Position numbers and translations under genes: made by a program. The notes below the pieces were generated by a model. It searched no databases. It was not told the DNA's origin and saw only the letters and a program-made list of their open reading frames with translations. Positions 41,507 through 50,704 of a stretch of 64,000 bases of DNA are shown piece after piece. Source of the stretch: Gammaproteobacteria bacterium (GTDB lineage Bacteria > Pseudomonadota > Gammaproteobacteria > S012-40); contig JALUUH010000227.1 of the NCBI GenBank assembly GCA_027021445.1, forward strand, positions 5,738-69,737, given 5' to 3'. Each line of letters begins with the position of its first letter. Positions within the stretch are counted from its first letter, which is position 1.

Positions 41507-42280
41507 TTAAATAAATTCCTTTTCGGCTAAATAAGATTTCATCAAAGAGATTATATAGTCGGATTTAATCATCACACCCATATCGGTCTTTTCCAAGGTA
41601 TTCATTCTAACACGATCATTCATTAAACTGTTTTTGGGTGGCACCAGCATACCTAGCAACAGTGGATTCGATCGATCATTGAATCTTGATTCAAATAACG
41701 GGCTGCCCTCCGACCCTGGTAAGACCGTCGTATTTAAGAGAAGTTGTGAATTCCCCTGGTAATTAACCATGGGTAAGGATGCAATCGCCGCATTGCGTAC
41801 AATTGGCAAATAGTTTTTATAATCCCACAAACCCATGGGGTAGCCGATATAATACAGTAGCTGATTAAACGAAAGTTCAAAATAACTCTTGCTCGTCGGC
41901 AAGTGTTGCTCAGTAATACCCTGAGTTACGATAGACACTCCTTTTTTATCAAGGTGTTTTGCGAATGGAAGAAATGGCGTAATTGCGACATTATGTGCCG
42001 CCTCATCCTTTGAATACCAGAGCTTTGAAAAGTTATCAATATCTAAAACGTGTGGCTTACCCAGGGCAAACTCTCCGTCTAATTGCTGAAAAAAGCTCAT
42101 GCTTCCAATAACAGCACGTTGTACCGCCGAATACGTTGTCACTAAAAAAGGAAAATCACCTTCTTCCATTGGATAAATATAAATAAACGCAGAAGCATCC
42201 ACTATTTCATTATTACTACTTCGAGTTTTTAATCTTACCGTGGAGAGAAATAATCGATCAAATGAAGTTTCTAAGAACAT
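41507..42280 (-). CDS. Trypsin-fold (S1/Trypsin_2-like) protein with an apparently substituted catalytic triad
   Basis: Landmarks STVRL, LVTTYSAV, NVAI, GYPMG and PGSEGSPLF line up with S1 protease motifs, but His/Asp/Ser read as Ser/Asn/Glu. Alignment made by eye. Confidence 0.55.
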   Translation of the reverse strand: MFLETSFDRLFLSTVRLKTRSSNNEIVDASAFIYIYPMEEGDFPFLVTTYSAVQRAVIGSMSFFQQLDGEFALGKPHVLDIDNFSKLWYSKDEAAHNVAITPFLPFAKHLDKKGVSIVTQGITEQHLPTSKSYFELSFNQLLYYIGYPMGLWDYKNYLPIVRNAAIASLPMVNYQGNSQLLLNTTVLPGSEGSPLFESRFNDRSNPLLLGMLVPPKNSLMNDRVRMNTLEKTDMGVMIKSDYIISLMKSYLAEKEFI

Positions 42281-42308
42281 AATTTATAAATTAAAACCAG
42301 GAAGCGAC

Positions 42309-43211
42309 TTAATTGAACCACAAGAGAAATAAGCTGGGTTGCAGGCTAATCATAAATGTCCATAAATAAATCGAGCTACTTTTCATTCTTTTTAGAAAAG
42401 AAAAAAGGGTTAGAATGGCAACCATTAAACCTATAGCGAGCGACGCATATAAAGAACTTGCAAACACGATGGCCGAAACCAACGAAATATCTAATCCCGC
42501 TTGCACGAGTAACTCGGTATTCACCGCCCAGTGACTGAAGAAAAACACACCAATGATGGCACATGCACCGGCCAGAAAAAACCAAGACAAATTTTCTAAT
42601 ATTTCGCTGGGTTTTTTCTTAACTTCTACATTGACATGCTCAGATAATCGGCTCAATACTGACTGACAGCAAACTAAGGCATCATCTACTTGAGTGAAAA
42701 TACGATCAGCGGCCTTATTAATTGATTTTTCCAGCGCAGATTTCCTTCTCATCTGATGTTCAGTTGAATCATCAATAATATCGAACTCTATTAACCGATC
42801 AACACGTAGATGCAATAAATCAGTAATCTCTTTAAATTTTTGCTCCGCCTGGGTGATATCATTGACTAAAGAATATTCGTCGTCATTAAATACACTGGGT
42901 AGTTCTGACATATCCAAACTCGGAAATTGACTATGGATTAACACCGATTGCATGACAAAACCTCGGCGGCTATTGTTCACATTGGGATCTAATACATCGG
43001 TTTTAAGACGTTGTAATTGCTCGAGCTGGCTGGTTAATACAAAACTGATATGCTTTAGCGTTCGTAAATGGTTCTCACTTTCTTTTCTATTTTCCTGATG
43101 ACGAAAATGCTGGAAGGCTAACCATGCTCCCATAAAGGTTGCTAATACTAAGGGGGCCATCAAGCTGATAGATTGAATCAACCACTCCAAACCTGCATTG
43201 ATATGACCCAT
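42309..43211 (-). CDS. Multi-pass membrane protein with a central helical domain (hypothetical)
   Basis: N-terminal TM helix (LMAPLVLATFMGAWLAF), a charged helical region of about 170 aa, and three to four C-terminal TM helices. Confidence 0.6.
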   Translation of the reverse strand: MGHINAGLEWLIQSISLMAPLVLATFMGAWLAFQHFRHQENRKESENHLRTLKHISFVLTSQLEQLQRLKTDVLDPNVNNSRRGFVMQSVLIHSQFPSLDMSELPSVFNDDEYSLVNDITQAEQKFKEITDLLHLRVDRLIEFDIIDDSTEHQMRRKSALEKSINKAADRIFTQVDDALVCCQSVLSRLSEHVNVEVKKKPSEILENLSWFFLAGACAIIGVFFFSHWAVNTELLVQAGLDISLVSAIVFASSLYASLAIGLMVAILTLFSFLKRMKSSSIYLWTFMISLQPSLFLLWFN

Positions 43212-43344
43212 TTAATTCTTTTCTCATTTGATAGTCCTATAAAATCTCTTGGGCAAGTATCATACCCGATAAAACAGTGGCCTATCTTTCGCAAATAGGC
43301 ATGATGATTCACGCGGGTGCGCGCAGTTTCGATATTTCTGCGAG

Positions 43345-46300
43345 TTACCGCTTACTGAAAGCGGTCAACTTAGGTTTAACGCAAAATATACCTGCTAATA
43401 ACAAGAAAAATAGGACTAAAATCAAAAAAGGAAAATATAAACTCGCACGCGAGGGCGGTTTGAACACCTGTATTGTTGAAATGCTTACGTTATCATTAGG
43501 CGCAGAATCAGAAGTTAAGCTTGAAAGACCCGTGGATACCGTGATGATTCCAGCATTAGATGGGGTCAGCGTTATGTTAACGCCTTGCTGAATACTTTGA
43601 TTTGCCGGTATATCCCCTAAATCACACCGATGAGTACCTGGCTTAATCGCGCCTGCCTCAGCCTGCTGCCCAGATTGGGGGTTGTCAACTTTATATGCAT
43701 TACTGTCTATGCACGTAAAATCTGGACTACTAATGCTTGCCGCCACATTCCCGCCTAGAATCTCGATCCAAAGTTGCACTTTTTCAGCAACTACAGCGCT
43801 ATTATTTTGAATATTTATACGGTACACCAGGTTTTCATTGATAAAATGCTGTTCTTTGTCTGACTTCGTCATCACTAATACCAAATCTGTACTCGGAGCT
43901 TGTTGCACGATACGCATTAGAAATACATCAGACTCTCCCCCCTGATATTCGGCTTCAGTGGCATTATCAGTTATTGGAAGGCTTCTGGACTCGGTGCCTC
44001 CAGCAACGTAAATATCGGCACTACCTGCATCCCCAGCCCCTAATGTCATTGCGGTAATATAATCATCTCCCTCTCCACCCAGCAAAGTGGAAAAACTGAG
44101 ATTCACTTGCTCTACTATTTTCCCATCTTGACGGGTTGCAGGAATTAATTCGCTTTCAATTTTACTCACAAAGGCATCCACATCTTTTGGGAAATTACTA
44201 AATGCATTAACCACCGGGAAATCTAACGAAGTGGTTTGGCCCGCAAGATATACAATGCCCTCATCAGTGACTTCCATCACATTCCCAGCATCGTGGTTTA
44301 AGCCATTTAGAAAAGTCGAATAAATGAGTTCGCTTCCAATAGGATTAAACTTAGTCACAAAAGCACGCCGTTGCCCATCATCGATTAACGGCGTAGCAAG
44401 ATATCTTCGATACAAGGGAAATAATTGAAGTAACAATTGCTTGGTTGCTACTAAATCTGCGCTATCGGAACTCGTTACAACAATCTGGGTAGTTGCAATA
44501 GATGGTTCCATTTCAAGCATTGCTTCAATAGTCCCTCCTCTTGAAGCCGTGGTACCTGCAATATAAATATTTCCAATCGCACCTGTTGCCGAATCAGTGA
44601 GAGTATCAACACCGATATCTACAGCGGTATCATCAAAATCACCACCGAGAAAACTGGCAAAATCTATGGTCGCCGCATTATTCGATAAACGCATAAAATA
44701 CGCATCTTCACAGGGGTGTAAATCAAAGGGAACGGGCGGATCAGCACGACTGCATTCTCCTGAACCCGGTTTATAACTTTGATAGCTTGGCGTTATTGAA
44801 CTTGGAAATAAATCGGCAGAAACCGTATTGCCGCTGATATAAACCTGCGTTGCGTTGATGTCGGCAGGATTTTCTACTAATGTAATAGAATTTGTCCAGT
44901 CATCACCCGATCCACCTATTATATGGACATATGACAACACATCACCGGTTGCAGCGAGTCTTGCCACAAAACCATCACTACCTTGGAAACACTTTGTTTC
45001 TGAGCTTCCACTATCATCCGTAATACAGACCGGATTAGCATTTACCCAATTTCGTGAGTAGGTATAACCGACAATATGTAAGCGCTGATTGCTATCCACT
45101 TCAATCCCACGTACACCGTCTAAGTCATCGCCCCCAATATAGGTCGAATAAATCAAGCCCCCATCATTATCAAATTTCATAATAAAGCCATCAGAATTTA
45201 CTGTGCCTCTATCCTCGATGTCTTCCTCATAAGCAGCAGGCGTAGAAAGATTCTTCTGTAAGGCAGCTTGTGTGGGAAAATCTGCTGACAATGTAAAACC
45301 ACCGAGATAGATATTTCCATCAGAGTCCATATCCATACCACGAACGGCATCATTACCGCATCCTCCTATATAAGTTGCGTATAATAAAACACCCTCTGGA
45401 TCATATTTTGCTAAGAAAGCATCATAATCAATACGTATATCGATCCCTCGTTTTGAAGGCTTGTATTCATAGTTACAATTTTTGATTCCATGCACGGTTT
45501 GTAGTGCTGTGCTTGAACTCGCAGAATCTGGATCTATAAAATTAGTTTCTTGTTCAACAGCAATAAAATCTTCCTTATCAAAAACAAAATCGTCGCCAAT
45601 AAACTTCTCATAGCCAAAGGTTAGCCTAAATCCTGAAGCCTCATTAATATCTTCCTGTAAAACGGCGGATGCGCTGGTTAATCCCGCAACAAAAATATTA
45701 CCGGCTGAGTCGACTTTTAATCCCTTGACTTGCTCAACAAAAACGCCGCCTAAATAAGTAGAAAAATTGATAACAGGATCAATTACTAAAATTTTATCTT
45801 GATCATAATCTGCAACAGAAAAACTAACGATATTATCATTCAAGTTAAATTTCCCACTGATGCTCTTGCCTCGCCTCACTGTTTCTGCGTAATTTTCCAA
45901 TTGAAATATTTCAGGTATATTATGTATCAAATCACCAAACTCAGTATTTATAAGCAGTCGCCCACTTTGTAAATATTGAATTTTTTCAGCACCAACAATT
46001 TTAATACTTATATTATCCGGGTCGGCACCTGGATGAACAATATAGTCATACTCTAAACGCCCATCTCTAAAACGAAAGACTAAGTCAATGCCGGAGTAAA
46101 TATTTTCTATTTTTACTTTATTAAAAAGCGAGACCCTGGTATTTTTTAATGCGGAAACAGTCCCATTTTTGGTCTGAGCTTGTTGATGGTTTTTAGTCAA
46201 ATAATTGATATACCCATCAAGCGGATTTACACCCATTATATTTTTTTCGGTTAAGGCATTCAAAAATTGCATCTCGACCAACACAGCATTAGTTAATGAG

Positions 46301-46590
46301 GTTTTATTTGATGGCTCAATCCCCGTAGACTTACTGAAAGCTATCGAAGGGGAAAAAACAATAAACTCAGCCTTATCTTCTTTTATAAAAAACATGCCAC
46401 GCTTGCCTTTGAAAGCAAACAAAACATCGACGGGATATTGCCCATTGTTTTTTTCAAAAAAAGAATTTTCTTGTAACTGAGAAAGCGAATTCAACTCATG
46501 TTTAGCTGCGACAACCACGTTTGACAACATCATTCCCAGTAGAAAAAAAACAACAAGCCCTCGTTGCCACCTATTTATAAACCTAAACAT
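43345..46590 (-). CDS. Large secreted SBBP beta-propeller-repeat / DUF11-domain surface protein with a C-terminal hydrophobic anchor
   Basis: Start set at MFRFINRWQRGLVVFFLLGMMLSNVVVA (signal peptide). N-terminal YSGIDLVFRFRDGRLEYDYIVHPGADP module; repeated GGxGxDxxxGxxxDSxGNIYxxGxTxSxDFP units; DUF11-like LVYRINIQNNS; C-terminal LYFPFLILVLFFLLLAGIFCVKPK. Confidence 0.8.
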   Translation of the reverse strand: MFRFINRWQRGLVVFFLLGMMLSNVVVAAKHELNSLSQLQENSFFEKNNGQYPVDVLFAFKGKRGMFFIKEDKAEFIVFSPSIAFSKSTGIEPSNKTSLTNAVLVEMQFLNALTEKNIMGVNPLDGYINYLTKNHQQAQTKNGTVSALKNTRVSLFNKVKIENIYSGIDLVFRFRDGRLEYDYIVHPGADPDNISIKIVGAEKIQYLQSGRLLINTEFGDLIHNIPEIFQLENYAETVRRGKSISGKFNLNDNIVSFSVADYDQDKILVIDPVINFSTYLGGVFVEQVKGLKVDSAGNIFVAGLTSASAVLQEDINEASGFRLTFGYEKFIGDDFVFDKEDFIAVEQETNFIDPDSASSSTALQTVHGIKNCNYEYKPSKRGIDIRIDYDAFLAKYDPEGVLLYATYIGGCGNDAVRGMDMDSDGNIYLGGFTLSADFPTQAALQKNLSTPAAYEEDIEDRGTVNSDGFIMKFDNDGGLIYSTYIGGDDLDGVRGIEVDSNQRLHIVGYTYSRNWVNANPVCITDDSGSSETKCFQGSDGFVARLAATGDVLSYVHIIGGSGDDWTNSITLVENPADINATQVYISGNTVSADLFPSSITPSYQSYKPGSGECSRADPPVPFDLHPCEDAYFMRLSNNAATIDFASFLGGDFDDTAVDIGVDTLTDSATGAIGNIYIAGTTASRGGTIEAMLEMEPSIATTQIVVTSSDSADLVATKQLLLQLFPLYRRYLATPLIDDGQRRAFVTKFNPIGSELIYSTFLNGLNHDAGNVMEVTDEGIVYLAGQTTSLDFPVVNAFSNFPKDVDAFVSKIESELIPATRQDGKIVEQVNLSFSTLLGGEGDDYITAMTLGAGDAGSADIYVAGGTESRSLPITDNATEAEYQGGESDVFLMRIVQQAPSTDLVLVMTKSDKEQHFINENLVYRINIQNNSAVVAEKVQLWIEILGGNVAASISSPDFTCIDSNAYKVDNPQSGQQAEAGAIKPGTHRCDLGDIPANQSIQQGVNITLTPSNAGIITVSTGLSSLTSDSAPNDNVSISTIQVFKPPSRASLYFPFLILVLFFLLLAGIFCVKPKLTAFSKR

Positions 46591-46796
46591 TACGTCAATT
46601 CCTTCATTCAACAAAGAGGTGTATTCATAATTTACGTGGTTTTGTAGCACTATTTCAATAAGCTAATATCAAATATTTAACAGTCCGCACTTAATGAGAA
46701 CAGCTGGGATATTGCCGTCCAATTAGTGAAGTAACCGAATCCGTGTTATAACCATCCGTTATTAATTAAATTTGCAACTCTTAATCCATAATTCGA

Positions 46797-47130
46797 ATGG
46801 ATAATAACGATTGGCTTCAACGCTGGGAAAATGCGAAAACGGAATTTCACCAACCCGAGGTAAATGAATATCTTATTAAGCACTGGGATAGATTAGCAGG
46901 ATCTACGGTATTTATCCCGCTCTGTGGTAAAACACTTGATATTCTTTGGTTAGCTAACAAAGGCCTGCGGGTTATCGGTATAGAAATCAGTGATATCGCT
47001 ATATAGAGACTCTTTCCAGCTCACGCTGCTGCAATCTGAAGAAATATTAGAAAACGAACCCAGGTTTAAAGCTCGCGGTTTAAGCAAGCGGGAAGAGAAA
47101 GTTTATCTACTTAAACCTAAATTCCGCTAG
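46797..47130 (+). pseudogene. tpm: Thiopurine S-methyltransferase remnant (internal deletion plus frameshift)
   Basis: The first 69 codons are TPMT-like (WLQRWENAKTEFHQPEVNEYL...FIPLCGKTLDILWLANKG) and end in a stop. A TPMT C-terminus (FQLTLLQSEEILENEPRFKARGLSKREEKVYLL) follows in the +1 frame from 47008. Roughly the central half of the protein is missing. Confidence 0.75.
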
Positions 47131-47132
47131 CC

Positions 47133-47207
47133 GTCGCTAACGAATTTGATCAAGAAACGTACATAATCAGATTTGTTCGCAGTAGGCCAGCCTGTTCGCG
47201 AACAGAA
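47133..47207. repeat. MITE-like repeat, module A copy (inverted)
   Basis: GTCGCTAACGAATTTGATCAAGAAACGTACATAATCAGATTTGTTCGCAGTAGGCCAGCCTGTTC matches 35048-35127. Confidence 0.75.
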
Positions 47208-47231
47208 TGACAACAACAAAAATACTCTTTA

Positions 47232-48131
47232 TTATTCTGCAGGAAATACCCCAGTAGATAAGTAACGATCTCCCCTATCACAGATGATCGCAACGATTAT
47301 TGCATTATTAACTTGCTGGGATAACTGTAATGCTGCAGCAACCGCACCCCCAGATGACACCCCACAAAAAATACCTTCTTCAACAGCAAGTCTACGTGTT
47401 ATATCTTCGGCATAATCCTGACCTAGCTCGATAATACGATCAAGCCTTGATGCCTCAAATATGGTTGGCAAATATTCCTTTGGCCATCGCCTAATACCCG
47501 GAATACTGGCACCTTCTTTAGGCTGCACACCTACAATTTCAATAGCGGAATTTTTTTCTTTGAGATAACGTGAGGTCCCCATTATAGTGCCAGTGGTACC
47601 CATCGCACTGACAAAATGCGTTATTTTTTGTCGTGTATCACGCCAAATTTCTGGACCTGTTGCATTGTAATGAGCGAGTGGGTTATCAGGGTTTGAAAAC
47701 TGATCGAGCACTTTCCCTTGGCCCTCTTGCTCCATCTCTTTTGCAAGATCACGGGCATACTCCATTCCCTGCTTTCTGTTAACCAAAATAATTTCAGCAC
47801 CAAAAGCTTTCATCGAGCTTCGTCTTTCAATACTCATATTTTCAGGCATTATCAAAACCATGCGATAACCCTTTATCGCTGCAGCCATTGCTAAAGCTAT
47901 ACCCGTATTACCGCTGGTCGCTTCTATAAGCGTATCACCTTGTTTAATTTCTCCTCTTAATTCGGCTTGAGTGATCATACTTAAAGCCGGACGGTCTTTT
48001 ACAGAGCCAGCAGGGTTATTTCCCTCCAATTTAACCAATAGAGTATTACTGCTACGGGGTATCATTCGCTGCAATCGTACCAGCGGAGTATTTCCGACAA
48101 AGGCCTCAATAGTAGGAAAAGAATCATCCAT
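47232..48131 (-). CDS. cysM: Cysteine synthase B
   Basis: Collinear with E. coli CysM (IGNTPLVRLQRM, LEGNNPAGSVKDR, IPGIRRWPKEYLP, AIICDRGDRYLSTGVF). I chose the start at MDDSFPTIEAF to avoid overlap with galU. Confidence 0.93.
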   Translation of the reverse strand: MDDSFPTIEAFVGNTPLVRLQRMIPRSSNTLLVKLEGNNPAGSVKDRPALSMITQAELRGEIKQGDTLIEATSGNTGIALAMAAAIKGYRMVLIMPENMSIERRSSMKAFGAEIILVNRKQGMEYARDLAKEMEQEGQGKVLDQFSNPDNPLAHYNATGPEIWRDTRQKITHFVSAMGTTGTIMGTSRYLKEKNSAIEIVGVQPKEGASIPGIRRWPKEYLPTIFEASRLDRIIELGQDYAEDITRRLAVEEGIFCGVSSGGAVAAALQLSQQVNNAIIVAIICDRGDRYLSTGVFPAE

Positions 48132-49023
48132 TGTTTTTAAACATTGCAGGATCACAATAATGGCTGAGATACTTGCGAAAACCTTCTCCCAGATCTTTAT
48201 GCTTTAAGCCATACTCCACTGTCGCTTGCAAATAACCTAATTTACTTCCGCAGTCGTAACGAGTCCCTTCAAAGTTGTAAGCGAGAACATGTTCAAAATC
48301 GAGTAAACTTGCAATTGCATCGGTAAGTTGAATTTCGCCGCCAGCACCTTTAGGTGTATTCTCAAGCAATTCAAATATTCGGGGCGTTAAAATATAGCGA
48401 CCTACAACCGCTAAATTCGAAGGTGCCTCTGCAGGTTTCGGTTTTTCTACTATCTTATCTAATTTACTGAGTCTGTTTTTTAATGGGGAGCTTGAGACAA
48501 TACCGTATTTATCCGTTTCCTCAGGAGCCACCGTTTCAGCGCCGAGGATGCTACATCCTCGGTCGTTATAACACTGCACCATCTGCGAAAGACAACCTTG
48601 ACTATTATCATCAATTAAGTCATCCGCTAAAATAACAGCAAATGGCTCATCCCCAACGACATCTTTCGCACAAAGAACAGCATGACCTAGGCCCAGCGCT
48701 TCGGCTTGCCGGATATAGACACAAGAAATCCCCTCGGGTAATACATTGCGCACAATTTCTAACACATCTAATTTATTCTTTGCTGCGAGTACTGATTCTA
48801 ATTCATAATTCTTATCAAAATGATCTTCTAGCGCACGTTTTGAGCTACTTGTTACAAAAATAAGTTGCTCACAACCTGCGGCAACCGCCTCTTCAGCCGC
48901 ATATTGAATTAAGGGTTTATCCACAACAGTTAGCATTTCTTTTGGGTTTGCCTTGGTTGCGGGTAAAAAACGAGTTCCAAGACCAGCAACTGGAAATACA
49001 GCTTTTCTAACAGGTTTAGACAT
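48124..49023 (-). CDS. galU: UTP--glucose-1-phosphate uridylyltransferase
   Basis: KAVFPVAGLGTRFLPATKANPKEMLTVVDKPLIQY. Confidence 0.93.
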   Translation of the reverse strand: MSKPVRKAVFPVAGLGTRFLPATKANPKEMLTVVDKPLIQYAAEEAVAAGCEQLIFVTSSSKRALEDHFDKNYELESVLAAKNKLDVLEIVRNVLPEGISCVYIRQAEALGLGHAVLCAKDVVGDEPFAVILADDLIDDNSQGCLSQMVQCYNDRGCSILGAETVAPEETDKYGIVSSSPLKNRLSKLDKIVEKPKPAEAPSNLAVVGRYILTPRIFELLENTPKGAGGEIQLTDAIASLLDFEHVLAYNFEGTRYDCGSKLGYLQATVEYGLKHKDLGEGFRKYLSHYCDPAMFKNNG

Positions 49024-49123
49024 AACGGTTCCTATGTTTTCATTGTATTGTTCTAGATTTTTAGGATTATCAACAGGGTAAATTTGCTTATGCTTATAGT
49101 CTAATTAATTATCTATTCTATCG

Positions 49124-49346
49124 CTAGGAGCTTGTCCTAGAATAGAGAGAACCTACTGCGGAAAATCTATTTCGGCCCCTTTTTCCGAATAAATTCGTTA
49201 AATAAAGCCCACTATTCGCCTCATTTAGTCGAAAAAATGGATTCTAAATAACTTTCCCTTTTGGCCACGGATGGCCTTATGCTGCGAAGCACATGGATGT
49301 GCTAGAGCGTGGGCTACGATTTCTATTCTCCTCGGACAGGCTCCAG
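49124..49346. mobile_element. MITE-like element carrying a nested 53-bp insertion of repeat family 2 (49259-49311), abutted by a solo TIR (49346-49360)
   Basis: Collinear with 35128-35294 except for the extra block TTTTGGCCACGGATGGCCTTATGCTGCGAAGCACATGGATGTGCTAGAGCGTGG. This block is the reverse complement of the 19396-19440 repeat with a few mismatches. Confidence 0.85.
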
Positions 49347-49446
49347 GAGCCTGTCCAAGCCCAGACTTAAATGAATGAACACAGCACAGAAGGTTGATTA
49401 TTGAATGAATAACTTATGTGTATAGTAGCGATTGAGATTTAGCTTG

Positions 49447-50511
49447 TTACTGGGAATCCGTGGGCTTGTCTCTCCGAATAACCTTCATGAGCTTCCAAGC
49501 ATGACTCATTCCCCAAAAATAAAGCGTAAAAATAAATAGAATGCCTACGAATAATATATGCTCAGGAAGATTTGCAGTGTATCCAAGATAACCAATGCAG
49601 GCTAAAACTAAAGCAATACCAATAATAATCCAAACAGCTTGTTTAACAGTATATCCCGCAACGAGTAATATATGATGAAAATGCTCTCTATCAGGCGCAA
49701 AGGGTGATCGACCTTTTACTAATCGCCGTATCATGACACAAATAGTATCTAATAAAGGCAACGCAAAAATCCATAATGCGATAACAGGCTCAATTATTCG
49801 CTTTTCCCCTTGCGCCGCATATATTAATAACCATGCCAAGGCCAAGCCCAAAAACATACTACCGCCGTTGCCCATAAATACCTGGGCGTTCCGGTTCCAC
49901 GGCGTACGCATGTTAAACATTAAAAAAGCAATGATGATGGATAATATGACGGGTAATGGTATTTCTAACATCTGGCCGCCCGCTATGGTGTTTGCGAGTA
50001 ACAAGCAAACCAAGGTAATTGATGCCAGTCCTCCCGCTAAACCATCCATCCCATCGGACATATTAGTCGCATTAATAACACCAACAATAGCAAAAACAGT
50101 AAATAAAACCCCGGCCACTCCCAGCTCTAAATTCTCCCCGCCCATCAAGCTACCGAGATCAGTTAACACAATTCCATCGACAAAAATTAAAATCAAAGCG
50201 GCTGTTATTTGGGCAAGAAACCGAGTTGCAGCGTTTAAATCAACAAAGTCGTCGATCGTCCCAACGATTAATAGAATGCCGCCCCCGATAAGCAAACCTT
50301 TAATCTGTGAAAAAGGAAAATTAACCACGACTAAACCAACCAACAAACCGATAAACATTGCAATTCCACCAATTAGCGGAATTTTTCCGGAGTGCTTTTT
50401 TCGACCTCCGGGCTTATCAACCAGGCCAATATGGCGAGCGATAGGCTGGAGTGTCCAAACAAAAAGGCAGGTCGTTAAAAATGCGATGAGTGAAGCGACG
50501 TAAATATCCAT
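49447..50511 (-). CDS. wecA: Undecaprenyl-phosphate sugar-1-phosphate transferase (WecA/MraY family, GT4)
   Basis: Multi-TM protein of 354 aa: LVDKPGGRKKH, DDFVDL, NATNMSDGMDGLAGG. Confidence 0.85.
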   Translation of the reverse strand: MDIYVASLIAFLTTCLFVWTLQPIARHIGLVDKPGGRKKHSGKIPLIGGIAMFIGLLVGLVVVNFPFSQIKGLLIGGGILLIVGTIDDFVDLNAATRFLAQITAALILIFVDGIVLTDLGSLMGGENLELGVAGVLFTVFAIVGVINATNMSDGMDGLAGGLASITLVCLLLANTIAGGQMLEIPLPVILSIIIAFLMFNMRTPWNRNAQVFMGNGGSMFLGLALAWLLIYAAQGEKRIIEPVIALWIFALPLLDTICVMIRRLVKGRSPFAPDREHFHHILLVAGYTVKQAVWIIIGIALVLACIGYLGYTANLPEHILFVGILFIFTLYFWGMSHAWKLMKVIRRDKPTDSQ

Positions 50512-50537
50512 GTAATCCTTATTATGTACAACGAATC

Positions 50538-50704
50538 CTAGGAGCTTGTCCGAAAACAGACTGACCTACTGCGAACAAACCATTTTGGCCGGATTTTCCG
50601 ATTAAATTCGTTAAATATGCTCAATATTCGCCTCATTGAGTCGAAAAATCTGACTCAAAATGGTTTGCCCTCGCTACGATCACTGTTCTCGGACAAGCTC
50701 CTGG
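50538..50704. mobile_element. MITE-like element (variant with module A-type left arm)
   Basis: CTAGGAGCTTGTCCGAAAACAGACTGACCTACTGCGAACAAACC...ATTCGCCTCATTGAGTCGAAAAAT...CTGTTCTCGGACAAGCTCC. Confidence 0.85.

Noticed and set aside
43345-43480. C-terminal tail of the large surface protein as a GlyGly-CTERM rhombosortase signal
   Set aside because: No Gly-Gly (or PEP) motif precedes the hydrophobic helix. I kept it only as an open question in the findings.
49733-50503. 256-aa ORF on the plus strand
   Set aside because: It is entirely antisense to the well-supported wecA-like gene and has a low-complexity Pro/Lys/Ile-rich translation, so it is a shadow ORF. The same reasoning applies to 8299-8655, 7885-8211, 13293-13664, 23356-23748, 37549-37965, 37996-38256, 52080-52442, 56932-57444, 57607-57921 and the other short antisense ORFs in the track.
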